A stretch of DNA of 64,000 bases, taken from the IMG/VR virus record IMGVR_UViG_3300014205_000172, positions 128,001 to 192,000 of that record; one strand, 5' to 3'. Shown piece after piece: positions 28,545 through 37,241 of the stretch. The notes below the pieces were generated by a model that saw only the letters and a list, made by a program, of their open reading frames with translations, was not told the origin of the DNA and searched no databases. The stretch is from a virus. Its lineage: Duplodnaviria > Caudoviricetes. The number at the start of each line of letters is the position of its first letter. Positions within the stretch are counted from its first letter, which is position 1. The position numbers and the translations under genes are program-made.

Positions 28545-30765
28545 TAGTCAGTACAAAGACATTTATCGCTTCATTAATCAACACGGCCTGGACAAAGGCG
28601 ACCGCACTGGCGTGGGTACTCTTTCTGCGCTGGCTGGTTGGATGCGTCATGACCTGCGTGATAACCGTCTGCCGATTACCTCTCTGCGCGTTATCCGACC
28701 AGAGAAGTTCATCCACGAAATGCTCTGGTTCGTGTCGGGCAGCTCCAGCATCAAGTACCTGAAAGACAACAACGTCGGCATCTGGGACAGCTGGTTCATC
28801 CCTGGTACTGACAAGTATGAAGAGCCCGTACCTTACACAGTTGACGAACTGGCCAACATGTACGTCGACGTACATGGCGTCATGCCGTTCACGATTCTGT
28901 TTCAGGCAGTTCCGGCTAAGCCTTCTTTTGAAGAGCTGCAGTCGGCGCTCATCCTTTCGGGCATTCCAAAACGTTACTGGCAGACAATGATCGAAGATGA
29001 GTTCTCCGGTAAGGAATATCCGGTCGATCCTCAAGATCTTGAGATTAATGTCAGGAACGGTGCTTTGAAGGTCACCATGACTCGTTTCCAGGGCGTTCTG
29101 CTCTGCTGCTCGATCATGAAGGATTTGGGTTGCGGCTACATCAATCCAAAAGCCGGCGGTCCAAACCGTCCTATGTACGATGTAATGGTTGATGTCCTCA
29201 ACAAGTTTGCAACACAGCCTGGGTATGTCAGTAACGGTCAAGAAATAGCCGCTAAAACAAAGATCGATCTTTTTAATGATCTGGTTTTCTGTATGGGGGT
29301 TGATCAAGGCACCGACATAGAGGAAGAGCAGTATGCCAGAAGCGTCCTGGCTAAACTGAGTCCCGAAGAAGAAACTACTTATCGCGAACTGGCGGCCAAA
29401 GCGGGCGTTTCGACTACCGTAGTGCCCACGCCAACGGTACTTGGCTTCCGCGAGCGTATCAAGAAAGCCCATGCTCAAGGTCTGGAACAAAAGCTGTACG
29501 AGTTCTGCGATTATAAAGAAGGTCTGGTTCGGGATACAACCAGTAACATGTACGCCGAGTTGAACGTCGAACTCTGTCCGTCGATCACTGGTCCGTGGGA
29601 CTTGTTCCAGTCCGAAGTTGACCAAATCAATGACTGGCTGACAAAGCACAACGTTCCTTCTGAAATCACACACCCTGCTGTGAAGCCTGTATCCCTCCAG
29701 ACTCGCCTCAATCGTGTCTCCAAGAACGATAAAGAAAAGTGGGACAAGATCAACGCAGTGATCGACGAACCGTGGGAGAACCTTGCAGAGAGCACCACAG
29801 GTAAGTCCATCCTGGAAGCGGGTGAACTTGTTAAGATTGAGATCTTCAAAGACGGTAAGTTCCAGAAGGTCGAAATCCGCAACATCGTGGCGGCTTGCTT
29901 GCACATCACTCTTACTGAACTGGGTATCAATCAGTACAAGCTGATTGACGCCGACATTGGTAAGGGCGCTTACGGCCCGCAATGGCGTCACTATCAAGAT
30001 ACACAGATTGTGGACGTATCCGAGATGGCTGCGTTTAAAGAGAAGGGTTACGGTTATATCACCGAAGTTACCGAGGGTGATAATGGAGACGGTTTCTACG
30101 GAAAGGCCGTCATGCATCGAGAAATCGATCAGCTGCAGAATGCTATCGATCTGCTCAAGAAGGACCCGGACAGTCGGCGCATCTACGTGACTTCCTGCAA
30201 CCCAGGTACTAACTGGCAAGCAGCGCTGGAACCATGCCATCTGTACTTCCAGTTCGTCAGCTACGAGAAAGACCTGCGTGACTTCGAAGAAGACTTTGCC
30301 AAGCTTGACCTGACTGGCGAATACATCGATGCGTTCTCGGCCAGTGACTTGTCTCATAGCGATGAAGATCGTGATGAAGATGAGTTCCTTAAGCTAGCGA
30401 AGGAGTTTGCCGCCAGCAAAGGCGTCCCTACTCGCTGGCTCAGTATCGCAGTAGTACTACGTAGTTGGGACGTCCCAGCCGGCGGGGTCTTTAACACACC
30501 TCAATACGCGGTGCTGACCCGCATGGTTGCTGAGGTGGTCGGCATGGAAGCCCGTGAGATGTTTATCATGGGTGTAGATAGCCACATTTATGAAAACCAA
30601 AAGGAGCTCGTTGACGAAGTCATCTACACTGACTATCAAAACGATAATCCTCAACTGCACATCACGCGCAAGGTTACCAACATCAGCGATTTCAAAATCG
30701 ATGACTTCGTAATCACCGGGTACGATCCAGTGCCAAACACGAAGGTGATGCCGATCGCGCGTTAA
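28531..30765 (+). CDS. thyA: Thymidylate synthase (ThyA) with very large insertions, 744 aa
   Basis: DRTGVGT, EMLWF, IWDSW, YGPQWR, IDQL, PDSRR, LEPCH (catalytic Cys), RSWD, FN, DSHIYENQ motifs. Confidence 0.93.
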   Translation: MRAIDSQYKDIYRFINQHGLDKGDRTGVGTLSALAGWMRHDLRDNRLPITSLRVIRPEKFIHEMLWFVSGSSSIKYLKDNNVGIWDSWFIPGTDKYEEPVPYTVDELANMYVDVHGVMPFTILFQAVPAKPSFEELQSALILSGIPKRYWQTMIEDEFSGKEYPVDPQDLEINVRNGALKVTMTRFQGVLLCCSIMKDLGCGYINPKAGGPNRPMYDVMVDVLNKFATQPGYVSNGQEIAAKTKIDLFNDLVFCMGVDQGTDIEEEQYARSVLAKLSPEEETTYRELAAKAGVSTTVVPTPTVLGFRERIKKAHAQGLEQKLYEFCDYKEGLVRDTTSNMYAELNVELCPSITGPWDLFQSEVDQINDWLTKHNVPSEITHPAVKPVSLQTRLNRVSKNDKEKWDKINAVIDEPWENLAESTTGKSILEAGELVKIEIFKDGKFQKVEIRNIVAACLHITLTELGINQYKLIDADIGKGAYGPQWRHYQDTQIVDVSEMAAFKEKGYGYITEVTEGDNGDGFYGKAVMHREIDQLQNAIDLLKKDPDSRRIYVTSCNPGTNWQAALEPCHLYFQFVSYEKDLRDFEEDFAKLDLTGEYIDAFSASDLSHSDEDRDEDEFLKLAKEFAASKGVPTRWLSIAVVLRSWDVPAGGVFNTPQYAVLTRMVAEVVGMEAREMFIMGVDSHIYENQKELVDEVIYTDYQNDNPQLHITRKVTNISDFKIDDFVITGYDPVPNTKVMPIAR

Positions 30766-30809
30766 CGATCAGTGCCTCAAGGACGAGGCCCCTATTAAGG
30801 AAAATATTC

Positions 30810-31145
30810 ATGAACGATTTGAGCAGAGCTTTAGTTGCGACATTCCTCGAATATCTGTCTATAAAGTTACACAAGACTATTCGTGGCCCATATGTCTGGA
30901 ATGAGAACAACTGTGCTCATCCAGGACCACCTGTAGAAGTGTGGGGGATGTTTGTCGAAGATGGTGTTGAGTCCATTAAGCTCAGTAATGGTGATCACAT
31001 CGTTGAGATCACATACCCGATAAGAAACCCCCAATGCTTTACGATCAATCATGAACATCAGGACGATGGAACCCACCCCATGACGGATATGACCGTGATC
31101 AGAGCCCTAGTCAACGCAGTGAACCTCATTGAATTCGGAGCGTGA
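30810..31145 (+). CDS. Hypothetical protein
   Basis: TAAGGA SD; 111 aa. Confidence 0.7.
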   Translation: MNDLSRALVATFLEYLSIKLHKTIRGPYVWNENNCAHPGPPVEVWGMFVEDGVESIKLSNGDHIVEITYPIRNPQCFTINHEHQDDGTHPMTDMTVIRALVNAVNLIEFGA

Positions 31146-31567
31146 CCATGAAGCGTTTTCTACTCGATCCTCGCGTTAAAGGTGATCCATTCGATCGTCC
31201 GGTTGAAGAGATTGTTTCAAAGTTGCGCGCTACTGGCTGGGTGGGTATCTATGCGTTTGTTGCCGAACAGGAACACTCGATGGAAACCCATCCTGAACTT
31301 GTCGGCACGATCCTGAACTACGGCATCCTTCAAGAAGAAGGCGTTAAGCAGATCTTTATCGATGTGGAGTGTGCGAAACCTAAGCTATTCGAGGGTTCGA
31401 TGACAGCCCGCATTAACACAGCCACCAAGATGTCCCGTAACAAGGCTACAGGCAAAGTGAACATCAGTCGCGATAGCTGTTATTTCGTAACCATCGAGAC
31501 GCATTGTTTGGACCACATCGGCCGTGGCACGCTGCATTGCCTAGACCCTGAAATGATTGAGGAGTAA
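31142..31567 (+). CDS. Hypothetical protein
   Basis: Coupled ORF, 141 aa. Confidence 0.7.
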   Translation: MTMKRFLLDPRVKGDPFDRPVEEIVSKLRATGWVGIYAFVAEQEHSMETHPELVGTILNYGILQEEGVKQIFIDVECAKPKLFEGSMTARINTATKMSRNKATGKVNISRDSCYFVTIETHCLDHIGRGTLHCLDPEMIEE

Positions 31568-31569
31568 AC

Positions 31570-31967
31570 ATGGATACTGCCGTTTCGATTAGGGTACTTG
31601 AAGAATAAGTACTTTGAAGTAGCCGGTTACATGCCCAAAGCCAGTATGTCCAATACCAACCGTCGTAAGAAGGGACTTGACCTTGGAAGTAAAGTTTCGG
31701 CACCTCGAACGCCGCATGTATCTGGTGGCAAACGAAGCAAGTTTTAAAGCTGCGGCGCAGCAAGCGTTTACGAACAACGGCTGCATCAATAGATTGGATG
31801 AGGAAGACTGGCAAGGTATCGATGGCGGAGCTAAGCGCATCTATCCAGCCGTCGTTACCTTCTACGGTGCTATTGGCACCACCCACGAACCTTCATCCTC
31901 GTGGATAACTTTAGCGCAGTACGTTAAAGAACTGACCGCTAAGGTTGACGCGATTTCTAATTTCTAG
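31570..31967 (+). pseudogene. Hypothetical gene, probably interrupted by two single-base insertions
   Basis: Strong GAGGAG SD at ATG 31570 gives only 12 codons; protein-like reading continues in +1 and then +2 frames into ORF 31677-31967. Confidence 0.45.
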
Positions 31968-31972
31968 GAGGC

Positions 31973-32410
31973 ATGATGCCGTCTGTAACGTATATCCCTC
32001 GTCTGTTTGTTGGTCGGCTCACTGGTGAGTATTCATTGCTCAGCATTGGCGATCCCAATCAAGAAGACGAGTTTGCAAAAAGCCACCCCGGTCGACACCG
32101 CTTGGAGATTGACGATGTCGAAGAGTTGATCGATAACTCTTACGTCATGTTCGATTACCTGAAGGCGCTGAAGGTTCTTGTGTGGCTCGAAGATCAAGGT
32201 GATAAGGATATCGTCATTCACTGCGAAGCGGGTATCAGCCGTTCTGCAGCAGTGGCAAAGTTCATGGTTGAGCATCTGGGGTATACGCTTAAACCCCATG
32301 GTGATCTCAAGACTGACATGGTCGGTTATAACGTGCTGGTCTTCCGTCAATTGCTCATCGCCCAGCTAGACCGAGTAAAGACAAAACTGGTTCAAGTAAA
32401 GGAGAAGTAA
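31973..32410 (+). CDS. Cys-based protein tyrosine / dual-specificity phosphatase
   Basis: IVIHCEAGISRSAAVA (HCx5R) signature; AGGAGG SD. Confidence 0.88.
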   Translation: MMPSVTYIPRLFVGRLTGEYSLLSIGDPNQEDEFAKSHPGRHRLEIDDVEELIDNSYVMFDYLKALKVLVWLEDQGDKDIVIHCEAGISRSAAVAKFMVEHLGYTLKPHGDLKTDMVGYNVLVFRQLLIAQLDRVKTKLVQVKEK

Positions 32411-32634
32411 TGTCAGCTCGCGCATGGGGATCGGTTATCCTACTCATCCTCTTTGTTGTATTCGTAACGTTAGTGATGCCCCACTGGATTCATCAGCGGG
32501 AAGTCGGCAATACGGTTGTGGCTAGCATGGACAAGTGCGTTGAGTTTGAACGCGTCAAAGGTCACGGTCAAGACCACCTCGATTCCACCTACCGCCTTTG
32601 TTGGATGCGTGCTAAGTCAGACGCCTCTAAATAA
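32410..32634 (+). CDS. Single-pass membrane protein
   Basis: N-terminal TM helix; Cys pair. Confidence 0.7.
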   Translation: MSARAWGSVILLILFVVFVTLVMPHWIHQREVGNTVVASMDKCVEFERVKGHGQDHLDSTYRLCWMRAKSDASK

Positions 32635-32655
32635 CCCACGCCCTGGAGAGTCATT

Positions 32656-33030
32656 ATGCGCAAAAGTGATACAGCTATGTTTGAAAAAGCCCAAGCCGAA
32701 CTGGTAAACAAGGATTACGCTGCGGCCATCCTCGCCTTGTATACCTGGTTCTTCAGCAAGGAAGAAACCGTTGCGGGCCGTCTACCTCTGGCTGAAAAGA
32801 TTTCCATGCTTGAACACCGCGGTATCGGTCTCAAGCTTCTTGCTGTCTTCAGCAAGAAGCGTAAATACCTGAAGACAGATCTGATGATCTATTTCGCAGA
32901 TCGCCGCGAGCCTGGCATTCTGGCTTCTCGTATCTCGCAAACCCTGCAAGATCACCTCACTAAAGATATTGGTGTCGGTATCCGCGACACAGTGGTTAAA
33001 GAGGACGATGAAGAGGACGCTGCGGCATGA
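32656..33030 (+). CDS. Hypothetical protein
   Basis: GGAG SD; 124 aa. Confidence 0.75.
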   Translation: MRKSDTAMFEKAQAELVNKDYAAAILALYTWFFSKEETVAGRLPLAEKISMLEHRGIGLKLLAVFSKKRKYLKTDLMIYFADRREPGILASRISQTLQDHLTKDIGVGIRDTVVKEDDEEDAAA

Positions 33031-33506
33031 ACGAGAATAAGGACCACCACCAGGTCGTAATGTCGACTGAGCATTACGAATCGCTGATCAATGCTGCACG
33101 CGGTAAGTTGCACGCACTTCCAGCCAAAGAGGTTGCGAAGATTGACCGGCATGTGCGTAAGTTTAACTACTGGCGGCGCATGCAACGTCAGCAGGAGCTT
33201 CTGACTGAAACCGTTGATGTAAAAGAAGCTAAGCAGGCTGTACAAACGTTCCTACAGGAATGGGAAGGTAAACGAGTAGTCTTCGTTATCCGAAACCTTT
33301 ACGAAATCACAAAGGCCTATGTGGTATTGGTCGTCGGTCCATCCCGGCAAGTCAAACGCGGTATCTGTGCACGGATAATCCAGGGTGCGGGTCATCGATG
33401 CGTCCACGCCATCCCAAGTTGTTTCATGTCGATTGGTGACTTCAACGAATACAATCGTAAGAAGTTTGAAAAAGAAGAAGCCGAACGACGGAAGGTACCG
33501 CAATGA
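33027..33506 (+). CDS. Hypothetical protein
   Basis: ATGA overlap; 159 aa. Confidence 0.75.
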   Translation: MNENKDHHQVVMSTEHYESLINAARGKLHALPAKEVAKIDRHVRKFNYWRRMQRQQELLTETVDVKEAKQAVQTFLQEWEGKRVVFVIRNLYEITKAYVVLVVGPSRQVKRGICARIIQGAGHRCVHAIPSCFMSIGDFNEYNRKKFEKEEAERRKVPQ

Positions 33507-33802
33507 TCAACTTCCGCCAGACTGATCTGCCTTTGCATTACGAACCGGTCATTGTCGACCACCGCACCATCGATACCGGCTCCGGTAACACCCCCATCCC
33601 AGCCTTAAAAGTAAAGACTCGCTTCGATGAAGCGATGGCCCACAACGACTACTTGATCTATGGTGTAAGTCACATCTCGCCAGATCACATTCAAGTGGTT
33701 TATCTTAGCCGCGTTAATCACGATAAGGCTAGGGAAGATTTCCTCAGGTCCAACCGCAGTTCTCTCGGTACGATTAACATAGACGCCAGTCGTCGCGATT
33801 AA
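33503..33802 (+). CDS. Hypothetical protein
   Basis: ATGA overlap; 99 aa. Confidence 0.7.
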   Translation: MINFRQTDLPLHYEPVIVDHRTIDTGSGNTPIPALKVKTRFDEAMAHNDYLIYGVSHISPDHIQVVYLSRVNHDKAREDFLRSNRSSLGTINIDASRRD

Positions 33803-33818
33803 TAAAAGGAATAGATCC

Positions 33819-34172
33819 ATGAGCCGTAATAAAGTTCGTAAACAACAAGCCGTTGAACGCCATAACGCACAGTACGTAATGCATCGCCAACTGGAAGAAT
33901 TGAACGCCAGAAGTGGTTTGCTTTTCGACCCTCAGGTTGGCCGCACTCCAGGTAAGTCCAAACCGGTATCGGAGATGCTGGCCGCTCAGACCGCTGAAGA
34001 CCCAGGTCTGGGACGTGGTCAAACTCGGCACATACTGACCGCCGAAGATATGGGCGGTATCGGACCAGATGACGGTGGCTTACGCCGCGGTGAGTTTGCT
34101 GTTGTATCGGCACTCACCCCTGCCGATAAGGCGGTACCGGCCGAAGTATTTGTAGCCACTCAGCCTGAATAA
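33819..34172 (+). CDS. Hypothetical protein with DnaB-like GGLRRGE segment
   Basis: AAGGA SD; 117 aa. Confidence 0.7.
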   Translation: MSRNKVRKQQAVERHNAQYVMHRQLEELNARSGLLFDPQVGRTPGKSKPVSEMLAAQTAEDPGLGRGQTRHILTAEDMGGIGPDDGGLRRGEFAVVSALTPADKAVPAEVFVATQPE

Positions 34173-34184
34173 CCACAGGTAATC

Positions 34185-34230
34185 AATAAAGCATAGGTCA
34201 GCCTTTGGGCTGGCTTTATGCTTTATTTTT
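34185..34230 (+). terminator. CATA-hairpin-TATG terminator
   Basis: AATAAAGCATAGGTCAGCC-TTTG-GGCTGGCTTTATGCTTTATT plus T-run. Confidence 0.8.
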
Positions 34231-34272
34231 TATTTTGTGTTAATGACATGAGCCTTCCAGAGGTATTGTGGG

Positions 34273-34533
34273 ATGGAAACCATACGGGTCAATCGACATC
34301 GTCTATTAGTTGGGGATAGGTTTGTAATACCCAACGACAACGACCGGTTACTCTACGAGGTGCAGGGTAGCCATCCCGATTCTGGACTGCTAATTAGACG
34401 TATTAAACATGGTTGGTACGGCTACATGCACCTGGAATCTGGAGTGGTCATTGGTAGCGAGAAGGACAGTCCTTTAAAGGAGCTTACGACGATACCCTTA
34501 GTGGTCTTGATGAATGAAATGGACCTTGCGTAA
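34273..34533 (+). CDS. Hypothetical protein
   Basis: GAGG SD; 86 aa. Confidence 0.65.
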   Translation: METIRVNRHRLLVGDRFVIPNDNDRLLYEVQGSHPDSGLLIRRIKHGWYGYMHLESGVVIGSEKDSPLKELTTIPLVVLMNEMDLA

Positions 34534-34534
34534 A

Positions 34535-34568
34535 GCATACAGGCAGGGCATGTGCCCTGCCTGTATGC
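34535..34568. repeat. Palindrome, left boundary copy of direct repeat
   Basis: GCATACAGGCAGGGCA-TG-TGCCCTGCCTGTATGC; arms essentially identical to 37981-38015. Confidence 0.9.
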
Positions 34569-34595
34569 CGTATGCGTTAGATCGCTGTAAAAGTC

Positions 34596-34611
34596 TACAG
34601 CAATACATCAT
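34596..34611 (+). promoter_or_regulatory. Putative phage early promoter driving the microprotein array
   Basis: TACAGCAA-TACATCAT. Confidence 0.6.
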
Positions 34612-34639
34612 GGTAATAGAGAATACCCTGGAGGTATCT

Positions 34640-34885
34640 ATGGACAGGTCAAATATAGACAGAAAGAAAGAGTGGGCATCCAGCTTTTATTTGGATATAG
34701 AGTTAGGGCGTGAAACTGTTGATGATCATAGTAACTTCATGGGCGACTATAATTTTTCTGACGTGAAAGATGGTTACATCGTCGACGGCGTATATACCGA
34801 TAAGCCCGATTTTGATCTAATTCGTAAGGAGGACGCTGAGTTTGTAAACGAGTGCCACACTTTATTGAATTACACTCGGGAATAG
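34640..34885 (+). CDS. RKK microprotein 1 (81 aa)
   Basis: GGAGG SD; MDRSNIDRKK...C.TLLNYTRE. Confidence 0.8.
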   Translation: MDRSNIDRKKEWASSFYLDIELGRETVDDHSNFMGDYNFSDVKDGYIVDGVYTDKPDFDLIRKEDAEFVNECHTLLNYTRE

Positions 34886-34890
34886 TATCA

Positions 34891-35133
34891 ATGAATACAA
34901 GCATGGATAGAAAGAAATGGACGGCTATTGCCGGGACATACGAAGATGAAACGGGTAGACAAACCCACTCCTCAGAAAGTAACCTAATGGGGGATTATTC
35001 GTTAGTTACCGGCGCCCAGTGGTACTACGTAGGTGGGATTTATACAACCAAACCAGATAATGACGACAGGCGAAGAGAAGACATCGTGTACGTGAAATCC
35101 AATTGTCAACTAAACGACTACACTCGGGAGTAA
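34891..35133 (+). CDS. RKK microprotein 2 (80 aa)
   Basis: MNTSMDRKK...SNLMGDY...CQLNDYTRE; clear paralogue of protein 1. Confidence 0.8.
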   Translation: MNTSMDRKKWTAIAGTYEDETGRQTHSSESNLMGDYSLVTGAQWYYVGGIYTTKPDNDDRRREDIVYVKSNCQLNDYTRE

Positions 35134-35138
35134 TTCCC

Positions 35139-35366
35139 ATGGCGTACGATAACCATAGAAAGAAAGCCATGCCTGGGGATTGGGCACCTCAATTAAGTGA
35201 CGGCGGGATGAGCGTCGACACAATAAGGGACAGTTATTACAATGACGGTAATCGCATAGAAGGCAATGGTCAGCTTGATCCGGATGTCCTAACCGAACCT
35301 AGAGAAATGGACCACATGAGACCATGCGGTACAGAACCGTTTAAGAGGGCTCATCATGGCAGCTGA
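35139..35366 (+). CDS. RKK microprotein 3 (75 aa)
   Basis: GGGAG SD; MAYDNHRKKAM...DPD...C..PFKR. Confidence 0.8.
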   Translation: MAYDNHRKKAMPGDWAPQLSDGGMSVDTIRDSYYNDGNRIEGNGQLDPDVLTEPREMDHMRPCGTEPFKRAHHGS

Positions 35367-35583
35367 CGTATACCGTAAAAAGAACTGCCCAGACACAAAT
35401 AGTTGGTTAGGTAATGACCAAGGCGGTGTTAAAAATATACGCATAACGGTTTGTCATATGGACGATGGTAACAGCCGATTAAGTTGTTTCGGCCGCGATC
35501 CGGAAACAATTAGAGTGCCGTATGATAGAAAATCATGCAGATCTATGCATGACTACCCGGTAGATAAAGAACATGTCGATTGA
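35356..35583 (+). CDS. RKK microprotein 4 (75 aa)
   Basis: GAGG SD; MAADVYRKK...DPE...C.SMHDY. Confidence 0.8.
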   Translation: MAADVYRKKNCPDTNSWLGNDQGGVKNIRITVCHMDDGNSRLSCFGRDPETIRVPYDRKSCRSMHDYPVDKEHVD

Positions 35584-35821
35584 TCAGCATCGTAAGAAAG
35601 CCATGCGGGGACGGAAGCCTGATGATGAGGGTGGTTATGGCACAATACCTGACGGCATTGGATATAATGACCAATGGTCGTTATCGACAGGCCATCCGGC
35701 TGATCGAACAGACCCAGATTTATTTAAGACCTCCTGGATCTTCGATGCTGAAATCGACAGGAAGGTCCAGGCTGGCAGAGCTCCGGGACATGGTGATTGT
35801 TGTGATTACACCCGGCCTTAA
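35573..35821 (+). CDS. RKK microprotein 5 (82 aa)
   Basis: MSIDQHRKKAM...DPD...CCDYTRP. Confidence 0.8.
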   Translation: MSIDQHRKKAMRGRKPDDEGGYGTIPDGIGYNDQWSLSTGHPADRTDPDLFKTSWIFDAEIDRKVQAGRAPGHGDCCDYTRP

Positions 35822-35832
35822 TGGAGTTGAAA

Positions 35833-36039
35833 ATGTTGGACATAACCCGTAAGAAATTTGCCGATCCGCGGGTTTCGTCACCAGACGGCGGCAGCGGCGC
35901 GATCGACAACGATAATGCCGTGTGTCCGTCGCGACCATTCCGGACAGAAGGTCACTTCGTCGATGGTGATCAATGTAGGTTTCATAAGGCCATGCTTGCC
36001 GTACACATAGGCGGCTACAAAGATTTTACAAAGTCGTAA
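35833..36039 (+). CDS. RKK microprotein 6 (68 aa)
   Basis: GGAG SD; MLDITRKK...KDFTKS. Confidence 0.75.
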   Translation: MLDITRKKFADPRVSSPDGGSGAIDNDNAVCPSRPFRTEGHFVDGDQCRFHKAMLAVHIGGYKDFTKS

Positions 36040-36086
36040 TACCTAACCTTATTTATCGAATTTAAACAAACCCTGTTGGAGTTAAC

Positions 36087-37193
36087 ATGAGTCTCAATTT
36101 CATTCCAGAACCTGTAAGTCAAACCCTGCTCGACAACATCAAGCGTTGGAACGATCAACTTCCATTGCTGCGAGGCGATAACATCTACGATATTTCACGC
36201 CTGTTCTTCTCCAGCAAAGGCTGGGATGCTCAACAGGCGCACCTCACCGCTGACATCGCTCACGGCAAGACTGGTGGTGAGAACGATCGGCATATCCACA
36301 AAGTCGTTCTGGACGGCATCCTCAAACCTCAAGGTCTGCGTTTCATGCGTACCCTGATGGGTCGGCTCATCATCAACGAGGATGAAATCATCGGTGCCTT
36401 CGTCAATCCAAGCACCAGCGCCACTCAGGCCAAGTACGACGTCATCGGCACCGACGCGTTTGTCAACTATTTCCGCAATACTTTCAAAGAGCTGATCGAT
36501 ACAGGCGTTACGCCGCATCTGCGCCGTCTGACGCTGAGCGACAAAGCTATTACGACGACGATCGAAACGATCCCACCTATCGGCGTGATCAAAAACCAAA
36601 CTCTGTTCTACCCGTACTTTGGCCGTACGCCAGCAGAAGTCTGGGCAGCTTTCGCGAAGTCCAGGGCTAACGTCCTCGTTCTGATTGGCCCTCCGGGTAC
36701 CGGTAAGTCTAACTTCATCTTGCAGATGATGGATGCACGCGGCTGGGATGACAAGATCAGCATGATTGACCGTCAGGATGTTCTGCTGAACCCAGGGCTG
36801 TCCGATTACATCCGCAGCTGTCCGGCAGGATCTGTTGTAATCTGTGAAGATGCCGACCGCCTGCTGATGTCCCGCGATCTGGGTAACGACAACATGTCGG
36901 CCGTGCTTAACGCCGCTGAAGGCATTGTAAGTCGTGATGTGAAGATTATCTTCTCCACTAACCTGGAGTCGCTCTCCGGTACCGACGACGCACTTACACG
37001 CCCAGGTCGTTGCTTCGACGTGCTTCGTTTCGAACTTCTGTCGAAAGAACAGGCTTATGCTGTACGTGACATGATGGAGCTGGAGTCTGTGGACATGGAT
37101 GACAAAACCATGACCCTGGCGAAAGCTTTGAACTATCACGAAATGCACCAAGACCGTATCGTCAAGCGTTCGGGTGTCGGCTTCTCTCAGTAA
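36087..37193 (+). CDS. AAA+ ATPase
   Basis: Walker A GPPGTGKS, Walker B VICEDAD, STN sensor, ALTRPGR arginine finger. Confidence 0.92.
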   Translation: MSLNFIPEPVSQTLLDNIKRWNDQLPLLRGDNIYDISRLFFSSKGWDAQQAHLTADIAHGKTGGENDRHIHKVVLDGILKPQGLRFMRTLMGRLIINEDEIIGAFVNPSTSATQAKYDVIGTDAFVNYFRNTFKELIDTGVTPHLRRLTLSDKAITTTIETIPPIGVIKNQTLFYPYFGRTPAEVWAAFAKSRANVLVLIGPPGTGKSNFILQMMDARGWDDKISMIDRQDVLLNPGLSDYIRSCPAGSVVICEDADRLLMSRDLGNDNMSAVLNAAEGIVSRDVKIIFSTNLESLSGTDDALTRPGRCFDVLRFELLSKEQAYAVRDMMELESVDMDDKTMTLAKALNYHEMHQDRIVKRSGVGFSQ

Positions 37194-37198
37194 CGATA

Positions 37199-37232
37199 CA
37201 TACAGGGCGGGTGTAATCCCGCCCTATTATTT
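37199..37232 (+). terminator. Hairpin (CATA-type variant)
   Basis: CATACAGGGCGGG-TGTAAT-CCCGCCCTATTATTT. Confidence 0.65.
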
Positions 37233-37241
37233 GAGGTGTTT

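Noticed and set aside
28810-29946. Intein or intron in thymidylate synthase
   Set aside because: The frame is uninterrupted, and there are no C/S...HN-C/S/T splice junctions or LAGLIDADG/HNH motifs.
28531-30765. DNA-modifying dCMP hydroxymethylase
   Set aside because: The Asn that specifies dUMP is retained (VFN), and the gene sits with dTMP kinase.
34640-36039. CRISPR-like array or classical RiPP cluster
   Set aside because: The periodicity is at protein level; only a short DNA match (TACACYCGG) recurs. No cas genes or recognisable maturase (radical SAM, YcaO, lasso cyclase, ATP-grasp) are adjacent.
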